Shown here one piece after another: positions 8,398 to 18,310 of a stretch of DNA of 64,000 bases. The stretch covers positions 5,271 to 69,270 of IMG/VR virus record IMGVR_UViG_3300037418_003152. One strand, given 5' to 3'. A program made the position numbers and the translations under genes. Under the pieces are notes generated by a model. It was not told the DNA's origin. It ran no database searches and was given only the letters and a program-made list of their open reading frames with translations. Within the stretch, counting starts at the first letter, position 1, and each line of letters opens with the position of its first letter. The DNA is from a virus. Its lineage: Duplodnaviria; Caudoviricetes.

Positions 8398-11300
8398 TTA
8401 GCGCCGCGCCACGGCGTCGGCCATGCCCCGCATCGCCGCCTCGTAGGTGCGGCGCGGGTCGCCGGATTCGTAAACGGTGAACGCGCCGGCCTCCACGACC
8501 ACCGTGGTGCCGCCCAGTCCGGGGCCGTCGGGGCGGGGTGAGCCGCCGCCGAGCAGGTCGGCGGTCAGGTCGGCGGCCACGACAGTGCCCGGCCCGGAGG
8601 GTACGAACAGCTCCGGGCCGCGCTCCCCGACGATGTAGGGGCTGTCGGGGGTGACCGGCCCGCCGCTGGCGCGGGCCTCGGCCAGCAGCGGCAGCAGACC
8701 GCCCGCCGCGTAGCCCATATAGGCGCCCCCGGCGGTGTGCCGCCCACCGGCCAGCAGCATCCCGGGCCCGTAGTTGGCCAGGGCGTAGCGCACGCCGGCG
8801 GTGATGTTGGCGACCGGGTCGGTGATCGGCCGGTCGGCCAGCGAGGGCAGCACGTAGGCGTGGAAGGTGCCCGGGATGGTCTGCATCAGGCCTTGCGAGG
8901 GGTGCCCGGCCTTCGCGTTGGAGTCCCAGAGGTTGATCGCGTTCGGGTTGCCCCCGGACTCGTGCATGATCAGGGACTCGATGCCGGGCGCGAACTCGGG
9001 GCCCATCCCCATCAGCGCGAGCGCCGTCATCACCCAGGCGTGCACCGCGGCGGTGCCGCCGGCGCCGGTGAGCGCCGGCCCCCAGTTCCCGCCCTGGGCC
9101 TGCTTGGCCTGCTGGGACTCGTTGTACTTGCCCTCGACCCAGCTCAGGGCCTTGTCCCGCCAGGAGTTCAGCGTGGCGGGGACGAACCCGGCGAAGGAGT
9201 TCTCGGGCACGTCGAGCTTGGGCCAGATCCCCTCGATGACCTTGCGCGCGCCGTCGCGGGCGATGCTGCCGACCCAGTCGAACGCGGCGTCGAACCCATG
9301 CACCACCGCGCCGCCGACGGTCGAGGCGACGTTGGTGATGCCGCCCCAGATGTCGCCGAGGACCCCGCCGATGCCCAGCATCTGCACGCCGCCGCCGGCG
9401 GGGAGCTCGCCACCGGTGGCGAACCCCGGCCCGACGCCCATCGTGGCCATCAGGTCGGCGAGCAGCCCGAGCGCGCGGCCCCGGTAGGCCGGATCGGTGG
9501 GGATGACGAACTCGGGGTGGTTGGGGTTGCCCTCGCCGACGATCGCGCGCGGGCCGTTGGTGATGAACCCGGCGCCGACCTCGGAGAACAGGTCACCGAG
9601 GCTGCCGCCGGCGGCCATGAGCCGGACGGGGATGACCCCGCCCTCCTCCATCTCGGGGATCTTGTCGATGTGCAGGTTGATGCTGAACCCGACCGCACCA
9701 GCGACCTTGTTGACGATGCCCAGGAAGCCGTTCACGACGTCGATGACGACGTTGGCGCCCTTGACGAAGATGTTCTTAAGGTTGTTCCACAAATTCGTGA
9801 AGATATCGACAATGCCGTGCCAGGCCGACGTGAAAATGTCTTCCAGGCCGTGCCAGATATCCTCGCCGATGGACCTGAGAAAGCCCCAGATGTCATTCCA
9901 GATGTTGACGAGGAAGTTCTTGATATCGGTCCAGGCGCGGCCCCAGTTCCCGGTGATGATGTCGAGGAACACCGTGATGATGCCGATGACGATGTCGCGG
10001 GCGAGATCGAAGACGAAGACGATCGCGTCCCACGCCACGCGCAGGATGGTCAGGATCACCGCCCACGCGATCTCGACCCCGGTCCGGATGACGATCCAGG
10101 CGTTCTGCAGGATGCCCCAGATGAAGGCGACACCCAGGCCGACAACGTCTTTGATGATGTTCCAGGCGCCCTCGATGACCCCGGAGATGACTGCCCAGGC
10201 GATCCGGGCGGCACCCGAGATCATCGTCCAGCCGAACAGCACCAGGTCGGTGACGATCTTGATCCCGAACTCGACAACGGCCTTGATCCCAATCCAGACG
10301 ATCTTGATGAGGCCGGAGATGATCGCCCACACCACGGCGGTGACCTGGCGGATCTCATCCCAGTGTGAACGGATCGCATCCACCAGCGGCTGAAAGAACC
10401 GAATGATTCCGCCGACAACGAACTTGACGATTCCGAGAATCCAGTTCCAAGCCGTCGCCGCCGCATTCTTGATCCAGTTCCAGGCGCCGACAATGGCGTC
10501 GGTGACCGGCTGAAAGAACTTGGCGATGGCGCTCGCGGCGCCGCTGACCACCTTCACGATCCAGTCCCAGGCCGCCCGCGCGACCGAGACGATCCCGTTC
10601 CACAGGCCGATGAAGAAGGTCTTGACCTGTTCCCAGTGGGTGATGATGAACAGCGCACCCATCGCGATCAGGGTGATGACCAGCAGGATCGGGTTCTCCA
10701 AGGTCACGGCCAGCAGCGCCCGCCCGACGGCCATGATCGCCTTGATCAGCTTGCCGCTCATGGCCACGGTCAGGGCCTCGATGGCCACCACCAGCAGGGT
10801 GCCGAGCACCCACGCCACCGCCTCGGCGGCGGCCTTGTGGTCCTGGAAGAACTTGATCGTGTTGCGGATGCCGGTGACCAGCGAGGTGAGCCCCGGCAGC
10901 AGCGCGGTGCCGATCTTGATGCCGACGTTCTCGAGGTCCGCGCCCAGCGCCTTCACCTGGAAGGAGAAGGTCTTCTGGGCGTCCTCCCAGTTCTGCTCGA
11001 ACGCCTGGGTGGTCGACTTGTCGGAGATCTGAATGAACTTCTCGTGCAGACCGTCGAGGTTCTGCATCAGCGACAGGATCGCCTTGTCGCTGCGGCCGCC
11101 ACCGAAGATCTTCCCGAGCACGGAGTCGGCCTCGGTGCCGGCCACCCCGTTCTGCTCGAGCGCGGTCTTGAGGTGGTGGAGCGCGATGTAGAGGCCGTCG
11201 GGCTGCTGCAGGTCCTTGGCCAGCTGGTTCTGCGTGACGTGCGCCTTCTGCAGCGCCTCCTTCATGGCGTCGGAGCTGGCCGTCACGTCCGAGGAGGCGA

Positions 11301-12387
11301 CCCCGAGGCTTTCGAGCAGCTTCGCCGCCTGCGCCGACGGGGTGGTCATCATCGACAGGCCCATGGTCAGGCGGGTGGCGGCGGTAGTGGCGTCGTTGCC
11401 GCGGTCGGTGAGGTAGGCGATGCCGGCACCCATCGAGGTGACCGACAGGCCCATCTGGGCCGCGGTCGGCGCCCAGTTCTTGATCGAGTCGTTGAAGTCC
11501 TGGAAGCGCATGTCGCCCTCGCCGACGATGGCGTTGAGCTCGGCCATGGTCTTGCCGGCCATGCCGGCGGGCTGGTTGAACGCCTTCATCACCGACGACA
11601 GCGAGTAGGTGGTGTCGTCGAGGGTGGCGCCGGAAATCTGCGCTTCCTTGGCCGACTCCCGGACCACGTTGAGCGAGGTCGCGAGGTCGAGCCCGGCCGA
11701 GATCGGGTGGTACAGGGCCTCGGCCATCTTGGCCCCGGAGAACCCGACGTCGTTCCCGATCTTGATGATCGCCTGGGCGTTGTCGAGGATGGCCTGCTTG
11801 GGCGCCCCGGCCGCGGTATAGAGCCGGGTCATCTGGGTCTGGAAGTCGGTGGCCATCTTCACCGAGCCGACCCCGACCACTGCTGTGGCCGCGGCGACGC
11901 CGAGCACCCCGACCTTGAGCAGCTTGAGGCCGGCGTCGCGCGCGGCGGTCTTGCGGGCCTCCGCGGCGACCACCGCGTCGGCGTCGGTCTTGGCGGCCGC
12001 AGCGTCGCGGGCGGCGGCGGCCGCGGCGGCGTCGGCGTCGACCTTGGCCGCGGCCGCGGCGTCGCGGCGGGCCTTGGCCTTGGCGGCGGCCGCGGCGGTC
12101 GTCTTGTTGTCCAGCGCAGACTGCTCGGCCTCGGTGCGGATCACCGACCGCTCGGCGGCCTCCAGCTCGCGCTGGGCCGCCGCGGCCCGGCGGGCAGCGT
12201 CGGCGAAGGTCTTCTGCGCGGCGGTGGCCTTGTCGGTGGCGGCCTGCAGCTCCTTGGAGCCGGCCGCCGCGACCTTGGACGCCCCACCGAGGTCGACGAT
12301 GGACTTCTTGGCCTCGGCGAGCCCGGCGATGTACTCGCGTTGGCCGAGCAGCACGAGCCGGGCACCGACGGTCTCCAGCAGCGACAT
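8398..12387 (-). CDS. Tape measure protein with C-terminal lytic transglycosylase (SLT) domain
   Basis: 1329 aa, Ala-rich; TP901-type core; W/F-periodic amphipathic repeats; IMHESGGNPNAINLWDSNAKAGHPSQGLMQ SLT motif. Confidence 0.93.
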   Translation of the reverse strand: MSLLETVGARLVLLGQREYIAGLAEAKKSIVDLGGASKVAAAGSKELQAATDKATAAQKTFADAARRAAAAQRELEAAERSVIRTEAEQSALDNKTTAAAAAKAKARRDAAAAAKVDADAAAAAAARDAAAAKTDADAVVAAEARKTAARDAGLKLLKVGVLGVAAATAVVGVGSVKMATDFQTQMTRLYTAAGAPKQAILDNAQAIIKIGNDVGFSGAKMAEALYHPISAGLDLATSLNVVRESAKEAQISGATLDDTTYSLSSVMKAFNQPAGMAGKTMAELNAIVGEGDMRFQDFNDSIKNWAPTAAQMGLSVTSMGAGIAYLTDRGNDATTAATRLTMGLSMMTTPSAQAAKLLESLGVASSDVTASSDAMKEALQKAHVTQNQLAKDLQQPDGLYIALHHLKTALEQNGVAGTEADSVLGKIFGGGRSDKAILSLMQNLDGLHEKFIQISDKSTTQAFEQNWEDAQKTFSFQVKALGADLENVGIKIGTALLPGLTSLVTGIRNTIKFFQDHKAAAEAVAWVLGTLLVVAIEALTVAMSGKLIKAIMAVGRALLAVTLENPILLVITLIAMGALFIITHWEQVKTFFIGLWNGIVSVARAAWDWIVKVVSGAASAIAKFFQPVTDAIVGAWNWIKNAAATAWNWILGIVKFVVGGIIRFFQPLVDAIRSHWDEIRQVTAVVWAIISGLIKIVWIGIKAVVEFGIKIVTDLVLFGWTMISGAARIAWAVISGVIEGAWNIIKDVVGLGVAFIWGILQNAWIVIRTGVEIAWAVILTILRVAWDAIVFVFDLARDIVIGIITVFLDIITGNWGRAWTDIKNFLVNIWNDIWGFLRSIGEDIWHGLEDIFTSAWHGIVDIFTNLWNNLKNIFVKGANVVIDVVNGFLGIVNKVAGAVGFSINLHIDKIPEMEEGGVIPVRLMAAGGSLGDLFSEVGAGFITNGPRAIVGEGNPNHPEFVIPTDPAYRGRALGLLADLMATMGVGPGFATGGELPAGGGVQMLGIGGVLGDIWGGITNVASTVGGAVVHGFDAAFDWVGSIARDGARKVIEGIWPKLDVPENSFAGFVPATLNSWRDKALSWVEGKYNESQQAKQAQGGNWGPALTGAGGTAAVHAWVMTALALMGMGPEFAPGIESLIMHESGGNPNAINLWDSNAKAGHPSQGLMQTIPGTFHAYVLPSLADRPITDPVANITAGVRYALANYGPGMLLAGGRHTAGGAYMGYAAGGLLPLLAEARASGGPVTPDSPYIVGERGPELFVPSGPGTVVAADLTADLLGGGSPRPDGPGLGGTTVVVEAGAFTVYESGDPRRTYEAAMRGMADAVARR

Positions 12388-12426
12388 GGGCCCCCCGATC
12401 TGGCCGCAGGGAAGGGGGGCGTGCCG

Positions 12427-12675
12427 CTACCGGAACAGCTTGCTGATCTCGCTGGCGACGTGGGCACCGATGGCCTGGGCGAGCGCCTTGAGTTCGGCGG
12501 TGCGCCGCTCCTGGTGCAGCTGCCCGGCCCGCTGTAGCACCGCGGCGGTGATGGCCCAGTCGTCACCGCCGCGGCTCAGCAGCTCCAGCGGGTCCCCGGC
12601 GCCGAGTAGCAGCGCCTCGGCGCCGGTCCGGATCAGCGGGTCGATCTCGGGGTCACCCGAGGTCAGGAAGCGAAA
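12427..12675 (-). CDS. Tail assembly chaperone, -1 frameshift extension (GT-like)
   Basis: Open -1 frame FRFLTSGDPEIDPLIRTG...SEISKLFR* begins at the slippery heptamer and ends just before the tape measure gene. Confidence 0.75.
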   Translation of the reverse strand, partial: FRFLTSGDPEIDPLIRTGAEALLLGAGDPLELLSRGGDDWAITAAVLQRAGQLHQERRTAELKALAQAIGAHVASEISKLFR

Positions 12676-13304
12676 AAATTGGCGCCCGCCTCGTCGGCGT
12701 TGATCCCGGAGAACTTCAGCACGTCACCGGCGGCCAACCCGAGATCGGCGTCGGTGAAGTACAGCTCACGGACCACCTTGATCGCGCCGCAGTTCTCGGG
12801 CAGCCCGAGCGCGTAGGCGAGGTCCGGGTCGAACCGGGTCCAGCTGCCGTGCGGGTCGCCGTCGCGCAGGCTCATCCGGGGCCGGGGATCCTTCGCGGCG
12901 ATTTCCGGGTCGGGGTCGAGCGGTTCGCCCTCGATGGCGAACACCCCCACGCACGACTTGACCAGCAGGTCGGCGTTGAGGGTGACGATCCAGTCCGGGG
13001 GCCGCTTGGGTGCGGCCTCCATCTTCTTGGCCTTCTCGGCGAACTCGCCGGTCTGCGCGGGCTTGTAGCGCACGTAGATCAGTGGGCCGCCGTCGGAGCC
13101 CCAGCGGGGCACCTGCAGGTCGATGAACAGCTTGTCGGTGACCTGCTTGCGCCGGTCGCGCAGGGCCACCAGCGGGGAGCCGGCGGCCGCGGGGACCGGC
13201 GGGGCGATCGGGGCGGGCGTGGGCTCGCCCCAGGGGTTGGCGTCGGGCGCGGAGTGCGCACCGGTGGTGACGGCCACTGTGCCGTCGTCGTAGGGCTGAG
13301 ACAC
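12663..13304 (-). CDS. Tail assembly chaperone (G-like)
   Basis: Between tube and tape measure genes; ends ANFFAS over the slippery site. Confidence 0.8.
   Translation of the reverse strand: MSQPYDDGTVAVTTGAHSAPDANPWGEPTPAPIAPPVPAAAGSPLVALRDRRKQVTDKLFIDLQVPRWGSDGGPLIYVRYKPAQTGEFAEKAKKMEAAPKRPPDWIVTLNADLLVKSCVGVFAIEGEPLDPDPEIAAKDPRPRMSLRDGDPHGSWTRFDPDLAYALGLPENCGAIKVVRELYFTDADLGLAAGDVLKFSGINADEAGANFFAS
12672..12678 (-). other. Programmed -1 ribosomal frameshift site T TTT TTC
   Basis: Minus strand reads AAT TTT TTC GCT TCC TGA at the chaperone end; X XXY YYZ heptamer in the canonical position. Confidence 0.78.
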
Positions 13305-13355
13305 GGGTAGGGCCTCCAGGGGTGGTGATAGCGGATGTGGGGGAGGTGGTGCGCG

Positions 13356-13763
13356 TTACGAGCGGGTCTCGACGGCGACGTCCAGCTCGAACATGCGCAC
13401 CGAGTTGGACCCGGAGTCGACCTGGCCGGGCTTGACGTTGGTCAGCCGGCCCGACCAGGTGACCGGGGTGCCCCAGGCGTTGCCGTCCTCGTCGAGGGGC
13501 TGCTCGACGACCTGGGCGCGCACCGAGCCGGCGATGTTCTGCAGCCAGCGGACCAGCTCGTGGTCGCGCTCGGGCTCGTAGACCCGCGACGTCGTCAGGT
13601 CGGAGTAGGTGGGCAGGGAGCGGTAGGACTTCTCCGGGCCCATCCCACCGGGGCGGTGCTTGACCGACGCGACGGTGGTGTCGCCACCGGTGCGCTTGTC
13701 GAACACGCCAAGGTCGCGGCCGTCGACGTTGACCGTGACGAGAAATTGCTGCTCAGTGCTCAA
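13356..13763 (-). CDS. Tail tube protein
   Basis: 135 aa after sheath; FDKRTGG, YSDLTTSRVY, WSGRLTNVKPG features of contractile-tail tubes. Confidence 0.78.
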   Translation of the reverse strand: MSTEQQFLVTVNVDGRDLGVFDKRTGGDTTVASVKHRPGGMGPEKSYRSLPTYSDLTTSRVYEPERDHELVRWLQNIAGSVRAQVVEQPLDEDGNAWGTPVTWSGRLTNVKPGQVDSGSNSVRMFELDVAVETRS

Positions 13764-13869
13764 GATCGCCTCCTACGGATGGCCCGCCCTCGGCGAGCAC
13801 GCGAAAGCCACCGGCCAGGCGGCGCGGTGCGAAGGGAGTGCCAGGGGCGGTACGGCGACAGGCGCAGGG

Positions 13870-15357
13870 TCAGACCGGCTGCGTGATCGGAACGTTGACG
13901 ATCTCGATCTGGGTGAACTCGGCCATCGGGGTCCGCCGAATCGACAGCACCGCGATGACCTGCCCAGCAGCCAGCGTGGCCGGGGTGTTGACCGCCGGGG
14001 AGGTGTCCACGGCGAACGCTTCGCTGGCGACGTTGCCGTAGAGCGCGCCCTTCTGCCAGTACGCCTGCAGCATCCCGGCCAGGTGCCCGTTGAGCCGGCC
14101 GAGCATCTGGCCCTTGCCGTCGAGCTGGGCGAACTGCGCGATCCCGGCGGCGATCTTCGTGCCGTCCTCCTGGATGGCCATCCGCAGCCGCGCCCAGTTG
14201 AGCTGCACCCAGTTCGGGTCGTTGCTCAGGGTGCGGAACCCGTAGACCTGCACCACCCCGGCGATGTTGCGGATGACGTCGACGCCCACCGAGTTCAGCG
14301 CGCCGCGGTCGGCGGCGTTGAAGGTCTGGGAGACCCCGATCGCAAAGGACGACACGCCCTCGGGGGTGCCGGCGGCGGCCACGTTCGGGTTGCCGGTGGC
14401 GGCGTCGGTGCGCGCGATGGCGGCCGCGGCCAGCGCGCTGGGCGCCACGGTGCGCGGCGCGGCGGGCACCGGCCCACCGGTGGGCAGCCCGGGGATCACC
14501 ACCCACGGCGCGAAGATCGCCCCGCGGGACGGGTCACCGCCGGCGGCGACCACCGCGGAGGCCTCGGTGATCAGGGTGGCGGCGGTGCCGGTGTCGGCGC
14601 CGTCGAGCAACGCGATGCGGTTGTTGGCCGCGGCGTGGGCGAGCAGCGCGATGTGCGCGGCGTCGGTGGTGCGCCCGGGCGCGGAGACCTGCCCGGGGCC
14701 CAGGTCGGGGGAGAACCGGTCGAGCGCGGCGGTCCAGGTCGCCTCGACGATCGAGGCGTTGTCGTCGGTGCCGCCGGCCAGCGGCGCGGCCGCGGCGACG
14801 GCCGGGTTGTTCTGCGGCGCGACGGTCGCGGAGTGCGCGTCGAGGATGGTCACGTACTTGGAGGTCGCCGACCAGGCCGCCGCGTCGGCGGGGGTGGTCA
14901 GGTTCGGGGTGGTCTCCACGACGACACCGCCGAGGCTGATGACCAGCTGGTAGGTGCCCGCCACCGAGCCGGCCACCACGGCGACCGTCAGGCCGCCGGT
15001 GGCGCCGTTGGCCCACGCGCCGGGGGAGTTGGCGTTGACGGTGAGCGTGGTCAGCGGGGTCGACGCCCCGTCCTTGATCGCCAGGGTGGCCACGGTGGCG
15101 GCCGGGCCGGCGACGCGCGCGACCCAGGCCTGCACGCCGCCGTCGCGGAAGAACAGGTCCAGGGCGTCCCACAGCGCGGAGTTGCCGTTGCGGACACCCA
15201 GCTTCTCGTTGACCTCGCCCATGGAGGTGACCGAGATCGGGGCGTCGGTGCGGCCGCGCTGGGTGATGCCGGTGACGAACCACGGCGCGGTCGGGGCCAC
15301 GGTGGTGACGGGCGGCGGGGACGCCAGGCTGGTGACGGTGATACCGGGTGCGGTCAT
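13870..15357 (-). CDS. Tail sheath protein (contractile tail)
   Basis: APGITVT N-terminus, ANSPGAWAN, GGTDD, LNSVGVDVIR...VYGFRTL, WQKGALYG...AF motifs. Confidence 0.92.
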   Translation of the reverse strand: MTAPGITVTSLASPPPVTTVAPTAPWFVTGITQRGRTDAPISVTSMGEVNEKLGVRNGNSALWDALDLFFRDGGVQAWVARVAGPAATVATLAIKDGASTPLTTLTVNANSPGAWANGATGGLTVAVVAGSVAGTYQLVISLGGVVVETTPNLTTPADAAAWSATSKYVTILDAHSATVAPQNNPAVAAAAPLAGGTDDNASIVEATWTAALDRFSPDLGPGQVSAPGRTTDAAHIALLAHAAANNRIALLDGADTGTAATLITEASAVVAAGGDPSRGAIFAPWVVIPGLPTGGPVPAAPRTVAPSALAAAAIARTDAATGNPNVAAAGTPEGVSSFAIGVSQTFNAADRGALNSVGVDVIRNIAGVVQVYGFRTLSNDPNWVQLNWARLRMAIQEDGTKIAAGIAQFAQLDGKGQMLGRLNGHLAGMLQAYWQKGALYGNVASEAFAVDTSPAVNTPATLAAGQVIAVLSIRRTPMAEFTQIEIVNVPITQPV

Positions 15358-15369
15358 GGTGTGCGGACC

Positions 15370-15762
15370 TCAGCTCTGCTGCTCGATGGCGGGGTTGGGG
15401 GAGCCCAGCGGCTGGGCCGCGGGCATGGAGGCCTCGGGCGCCACCGGCGGGGGCAGCGGGGCGACGTCGGCGTCCGGCGCGGGCTGCGGGGACACCGGGG
15501 CGGGCTCGGGCTCGGGCTCGGGCTGGTCGGCGGCCTCGTCCGGCTCGACGTCGGGCTCGGGCTCCGCGGCGGCGTCGGCGCTGTCGTCGGCGTCGGCGCT
15601 GTCGGTGGCCGGGTCGTCCTCGGCGGCGAGCTCGGCGAGCAGCCCGGCGGCGATCAGCTCGCGGTGGCGGGGGGAGTCCTCGGCGTCGGCGCGCTCGCCG
15701 CTGGCGAGTACCCGCCCGGAGTCCAGGTCGACGTCGTGGTTGCTGGCGTTGATGATCCGCAT
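15370..15762 (-). CDS. Hypothetical virion-associated protein with acidic/Pro-rich tail
   Basis: Start ATG 15762 (MRIINASNHDVDL); typical small gene before sheath. Confidence 0.55.
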   Translation of the reverse strand: MRIINASNHDVDLDSGRVLASGERADAEDSPRHRELIAAGLLAELAAEDDPATDSADADDSADAAAEPEPDVEPDEAADQPEPEPEPAPVSPQPAPDADVAPLPPPVAPEASMPAAQPLGSPNPAIEQQS

Positions 15763-15773
15763 CGGCGGGGCCC

Positions 15774-16433
15774 CTATCGGAGAGGTTGCACGGTCAGCTC
15801 GGTGGAGACCCACGGCGTGGGTGCCGCGGGAGGTGCGGTCGGGTCGGCCGGTGGCTCGGCCGGTCCGGCGAAGGCGTTGACCACGCCGTCGACCTCGACC
15901 GCGAACTGCACCGCGGCCTGACCCCAGGTGCGGAACGACGTAGACGCGATCTCGGTGTACTGCTCGCCGCGCCAGGTGGTGGTCTGGGCGAACCCGCCGA
16001 GGGACGGGTGCTGCAGCATCAGCTGGCGCACGGCGATGACGTAGAACCCCAGCCGGTCCTGGGTGTCCTGGTAGTTGCCGCCCCACATCCAGATCGCGAC
16101 CTGCACATCCCAGGTCGCGATGTAGGTGCCATCGCCCTTGCGGCGCGGCTCACCGATGGTGCGGGGCACCGCGACGACGTAGCGCGGCTTCGCACCGGCG
16201 GTCTCCGGGGAGATCAGCGGCTCGTTGACGAAGTCGACGAACCCGGGCAGCGGCTCGGACTGCTCAACGGGCTGGCCCAGCGAGTCGACCAGCGGGGTGC
16301 GGGGCAGCGCCGCGGCCTGCCGGCCGGCCTCGGCCACGTAGAACGGCGCCCACCGGCGCATGGTGGCCAGCACCGCCTGCCGGACGTGCGGGGGCCCCAC
16401 GTACGGCCCCAGCGGGCTTTGCGGGGCGCTCAC
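15774..16433 (-). CDS. Tail terminator / neck protein
   Basis: Start GTG 16433 overlaps upstream stop; synteny between neck and sheath genes. Confidence 0.6.
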   Translation of the reverse strand: MSAPQSPLGPYVGPPHVRQAVLATMRRWAPFYVAEAGRQAAALPRTPLVDSLGQPVEQSEPLPGFVDFVNEPLISPETAGAKPRYVVAVPRTIGEPRRKGDGTYIATWDVQVAIWMWGGNYQDTQDRLGFYVIAVRQLMLQHPSLGGFAQTTTWRGEQYTEIASTSFRTWGQAAVQFAVEVDGVVNAFAGPAEPPADPTAPPAAPTPWVSTELTVQPLR

Positions 16434-16924
16434 CGGGCGCGCTTCCCGCCGCGGATCAGCGCGGTCTGGATGATCTCGGACCAGCGCAGCGCGGTGGCCT
16501 CGGTGATGTCGACGACGACCCGTTGGGGCAGCGTCGCCTTGCCGCGGCCGAACACCTTGATCTGCCGCGGGCCTTCCTGGTGGAACTGCGCGTAGGGCGC
16601 GCTGGTGCCCATCAGCAGCACGTCGGGGCCCACCTCGTGCACCGTGTAGTGGTTGGTCCCGGCCAGCGAGAACAGCAGGTCGCCCTCGGCGACCATCGGG
16701 GTTGCCGGGTCCTGGTAGCCGCGGCGGGTCTTGAGCCCGATCGTGACCGCCGACAGCGGCGCCCAGCCGGGGCCGTGCTCGGCGAAGCGCTGCGCGGAGA
16801 TCCGCTGGAAGTCCTCGACGATCGCCGGGAACGCGGTGGCCGCCAGCGCGGCCGCGCGCACGGCCAGCCCCTCGAGCACGACGCCGGCCTCGGTGGTGCC
16901 GACCATGCCGATGTCGATCTGCAT
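16430..16924 (-). CDS. Virion morphogenesis protein (Mu gpG / tail completion-like)
   Basis: WAPLSAVTIGLK, LLFSL, GTSAPYAQFHQEG, LPQR motifs. Confidence 0.75.
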   Translation of the reverse strand: MQIDIGMVGTTEAGVVLEGLAVRAAALAATAFPAIVEDFQRISAQRFAEHGPGWAPLSAVTIGLKTRRGYQDPATPMVAEGDLLFSLAGTNHYTVHEVGPDVLLMGTSAPYAQFHQEGPRQIKVFGRGKATLPQRVVVDITEATALRWSEIIQTALIRGGKRAR

Positions 16925-16939
16925 GCCGCTGACCCCCTC

Positions 16940-17635
16940 TCAGGCGCGCGCGTAGGGCGCGATGAGCACGTCGATCTCGGCGTCGAGGTCTTCGGTGGTC
17001 AGCGACTGGCGCCGCTCGGGAGCGATGGTCAGGATCATGAGCTTGACCGCCTGCATGATCGTGGCCTGCACCAGATCGTCGGGGAATCCCTCGGTGTAGC
17101 CGCCCGAGTAGGTCGTCGCGATCGTCGACCCGACCGGGCAGTAGGCGCCGAAGGGCAGCCGCAGGTGCCCGGTGTCGGTCTGTGGGCCCTCCAGCAGGCC
17201 GGCGGCCCCGGTCGTGCCGGGGCCGCCGAAGACCTGCGGTCCTCCGCCGAACGGCGCGGTGATCGCCACCGACACGTCGGAGTAGGTCCACAGCTCCGGG
17301 TACATCGGCGGGCGCTCGTCGAGCCAGATGTCGCGCACCAGGTTGCCCGCCGACCCGCCGTAGGCCTGGGCCCGCGACAGCGCCAGCGTCGAGGTCATCG
17401 ACATCGGCACGTCGACACCGCCGACCGCGTCTAGCGCCACGCCCTCGGCGCGCTCGGACTGCACCAGCCCGTAGAACGGGGTGAACCGGCGCGCGCACCG
17501 GGACTCGATGTTGCGGCTGGCCCGGGCCAGGGTGGCGTTGACGTAGGTCTCCGAGGCCCCGTCGAGCGCATACCGGAACGGGCTGTCGCGCATGTCGGCG
17601 TCGGTGGCCATCGGGACGTAGGGCTGTGTGGCCAC
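16940..17635 (-). CDS. Head-to-tail adaptor
   Basis: LARASRNIESRCARRF and TYSGGY...PDDLVQATIMQAV motifs. Confidence 0.72.
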   Translation of the reverse strand: MATQPYVPMATDADMRDSPFRYALDGASETYVNATLARASRNIESRCARRFTPFYGLVQSERAEGVALDAVGGVDVPMSMTSTLALSRAQAYGGSAGNLVRDIWLDERPPMYPELWTYSDVSVAITAPFGGGPQVFGGPGTTGAAGLLEGPQTDTGHLRLPFGAYCPVGSTIATTYSGGYTEGFPDDLVQATIMQAVKLMILTIAPERRQSLTTEDLDAEIDVLIAPYARA

Positions 17636-17654
17636 GGTGACCTCCCTGCGCGGG

Positions 17655-17831
17655 TCAGCGCCCGCCGAGCACGGAAAGCAGCGCGTCGATGGCCAGCAGC
17701 AGCAGCCCCAGCGCCAGGAAGCTGATCCGGGCGATCGGGCGGCGGCCGTCGATGGTGGCGGCGGGCAGGAGCGTGGCGACCGCGAAACACACGATCGCCG
17801 CGATCAGCAAGATCACGGTCACGGCGTCCAT
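17655..17831 (-). CDS. Small membrane protein (58 aa, 2 TM)
   Basis: Start ATG 17831 (MDAVTVILLIAAIVCF); hydrophobic. Confidence 0.55.
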   Translation of the reverse strand: MDAVTVILLIAAIVCFAVATLLPAATIDGRRPIARISFLALGLLLLAIDALLSVLGGR

Positions 17832-17838
17832 GGCGGCC

Positions 17839-18234
17839 TCAGCTCTTGGATGTCGTCTTGCTGGTGGACTTGGCTGGGGTCGACTTGGTCGTGGCGACCT
17901 TGTCGTCGACGTCGGCGCGGTCGGCGTCGGCGGCGGTCTTGGCCGGCACCGGGGACTCGGCCGCGACCGGCTCCGGGGCGGGCTCGGTGACGGCGGTGCG
18001 CTCGGCGGACACGGTGGCCTCCTCGACTGCGGCGGGGTCGTCGTCGGGGCGCTCGTGGCGGCCGTGGGCGGGGGTGATGACGGCGGACTCGCCGTCGGGT
18101 GGCACTTCGTGCATGTGCGGCAGCGCGAGCAGCTGGCGCGCCATCTCCAGGTCGTCGACCTCCACGGGCTCCCCGGCGGCAAACGTCAGGCCCGGGGCGT
18201 TGCAGTCGATGTCGGATGCGATCAGCACCGGCAC
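17839..18234 (-). CDS. Hypothetical head-associated protein
   Basis: RBS GAAGGAGGAG; directly after the capsid gene. Confidence 0.6.
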   Translation of the reverse strand: MPVLIASDIDCNAPGLTFAAGEPVEVDDLEMARQLLALPHMHEVPPDGESAVITPAHGRHERPDDDPAAVEEATVSAERTAVTEPAPEPVAAESPVPAKTAADADRADVDDKVATTKSTPAKSTSKTTSKS

Positions 18235-18310
18235 GGCGCTCCTCCTTCGGTCGTGGGGTGGTCCAGCCCGCCCGGCCCGGCGTCGGGGCGCGGGCCGGGC
18301 GGGCTGACGA

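Noticed and set aside
9770-10500. Lower-GC stretch as a horizontally acquired island
   Set aside because: It lies in frame within the tape measure gene and reflects Ile/Phe/Trp/Asn-rich amphipathic repeats.
2755-15357. Extracellular contractile injection system / tailocin
   Set aside because: Terminase, portal, protease and capsid genes are in the same operon, so it is a phage.
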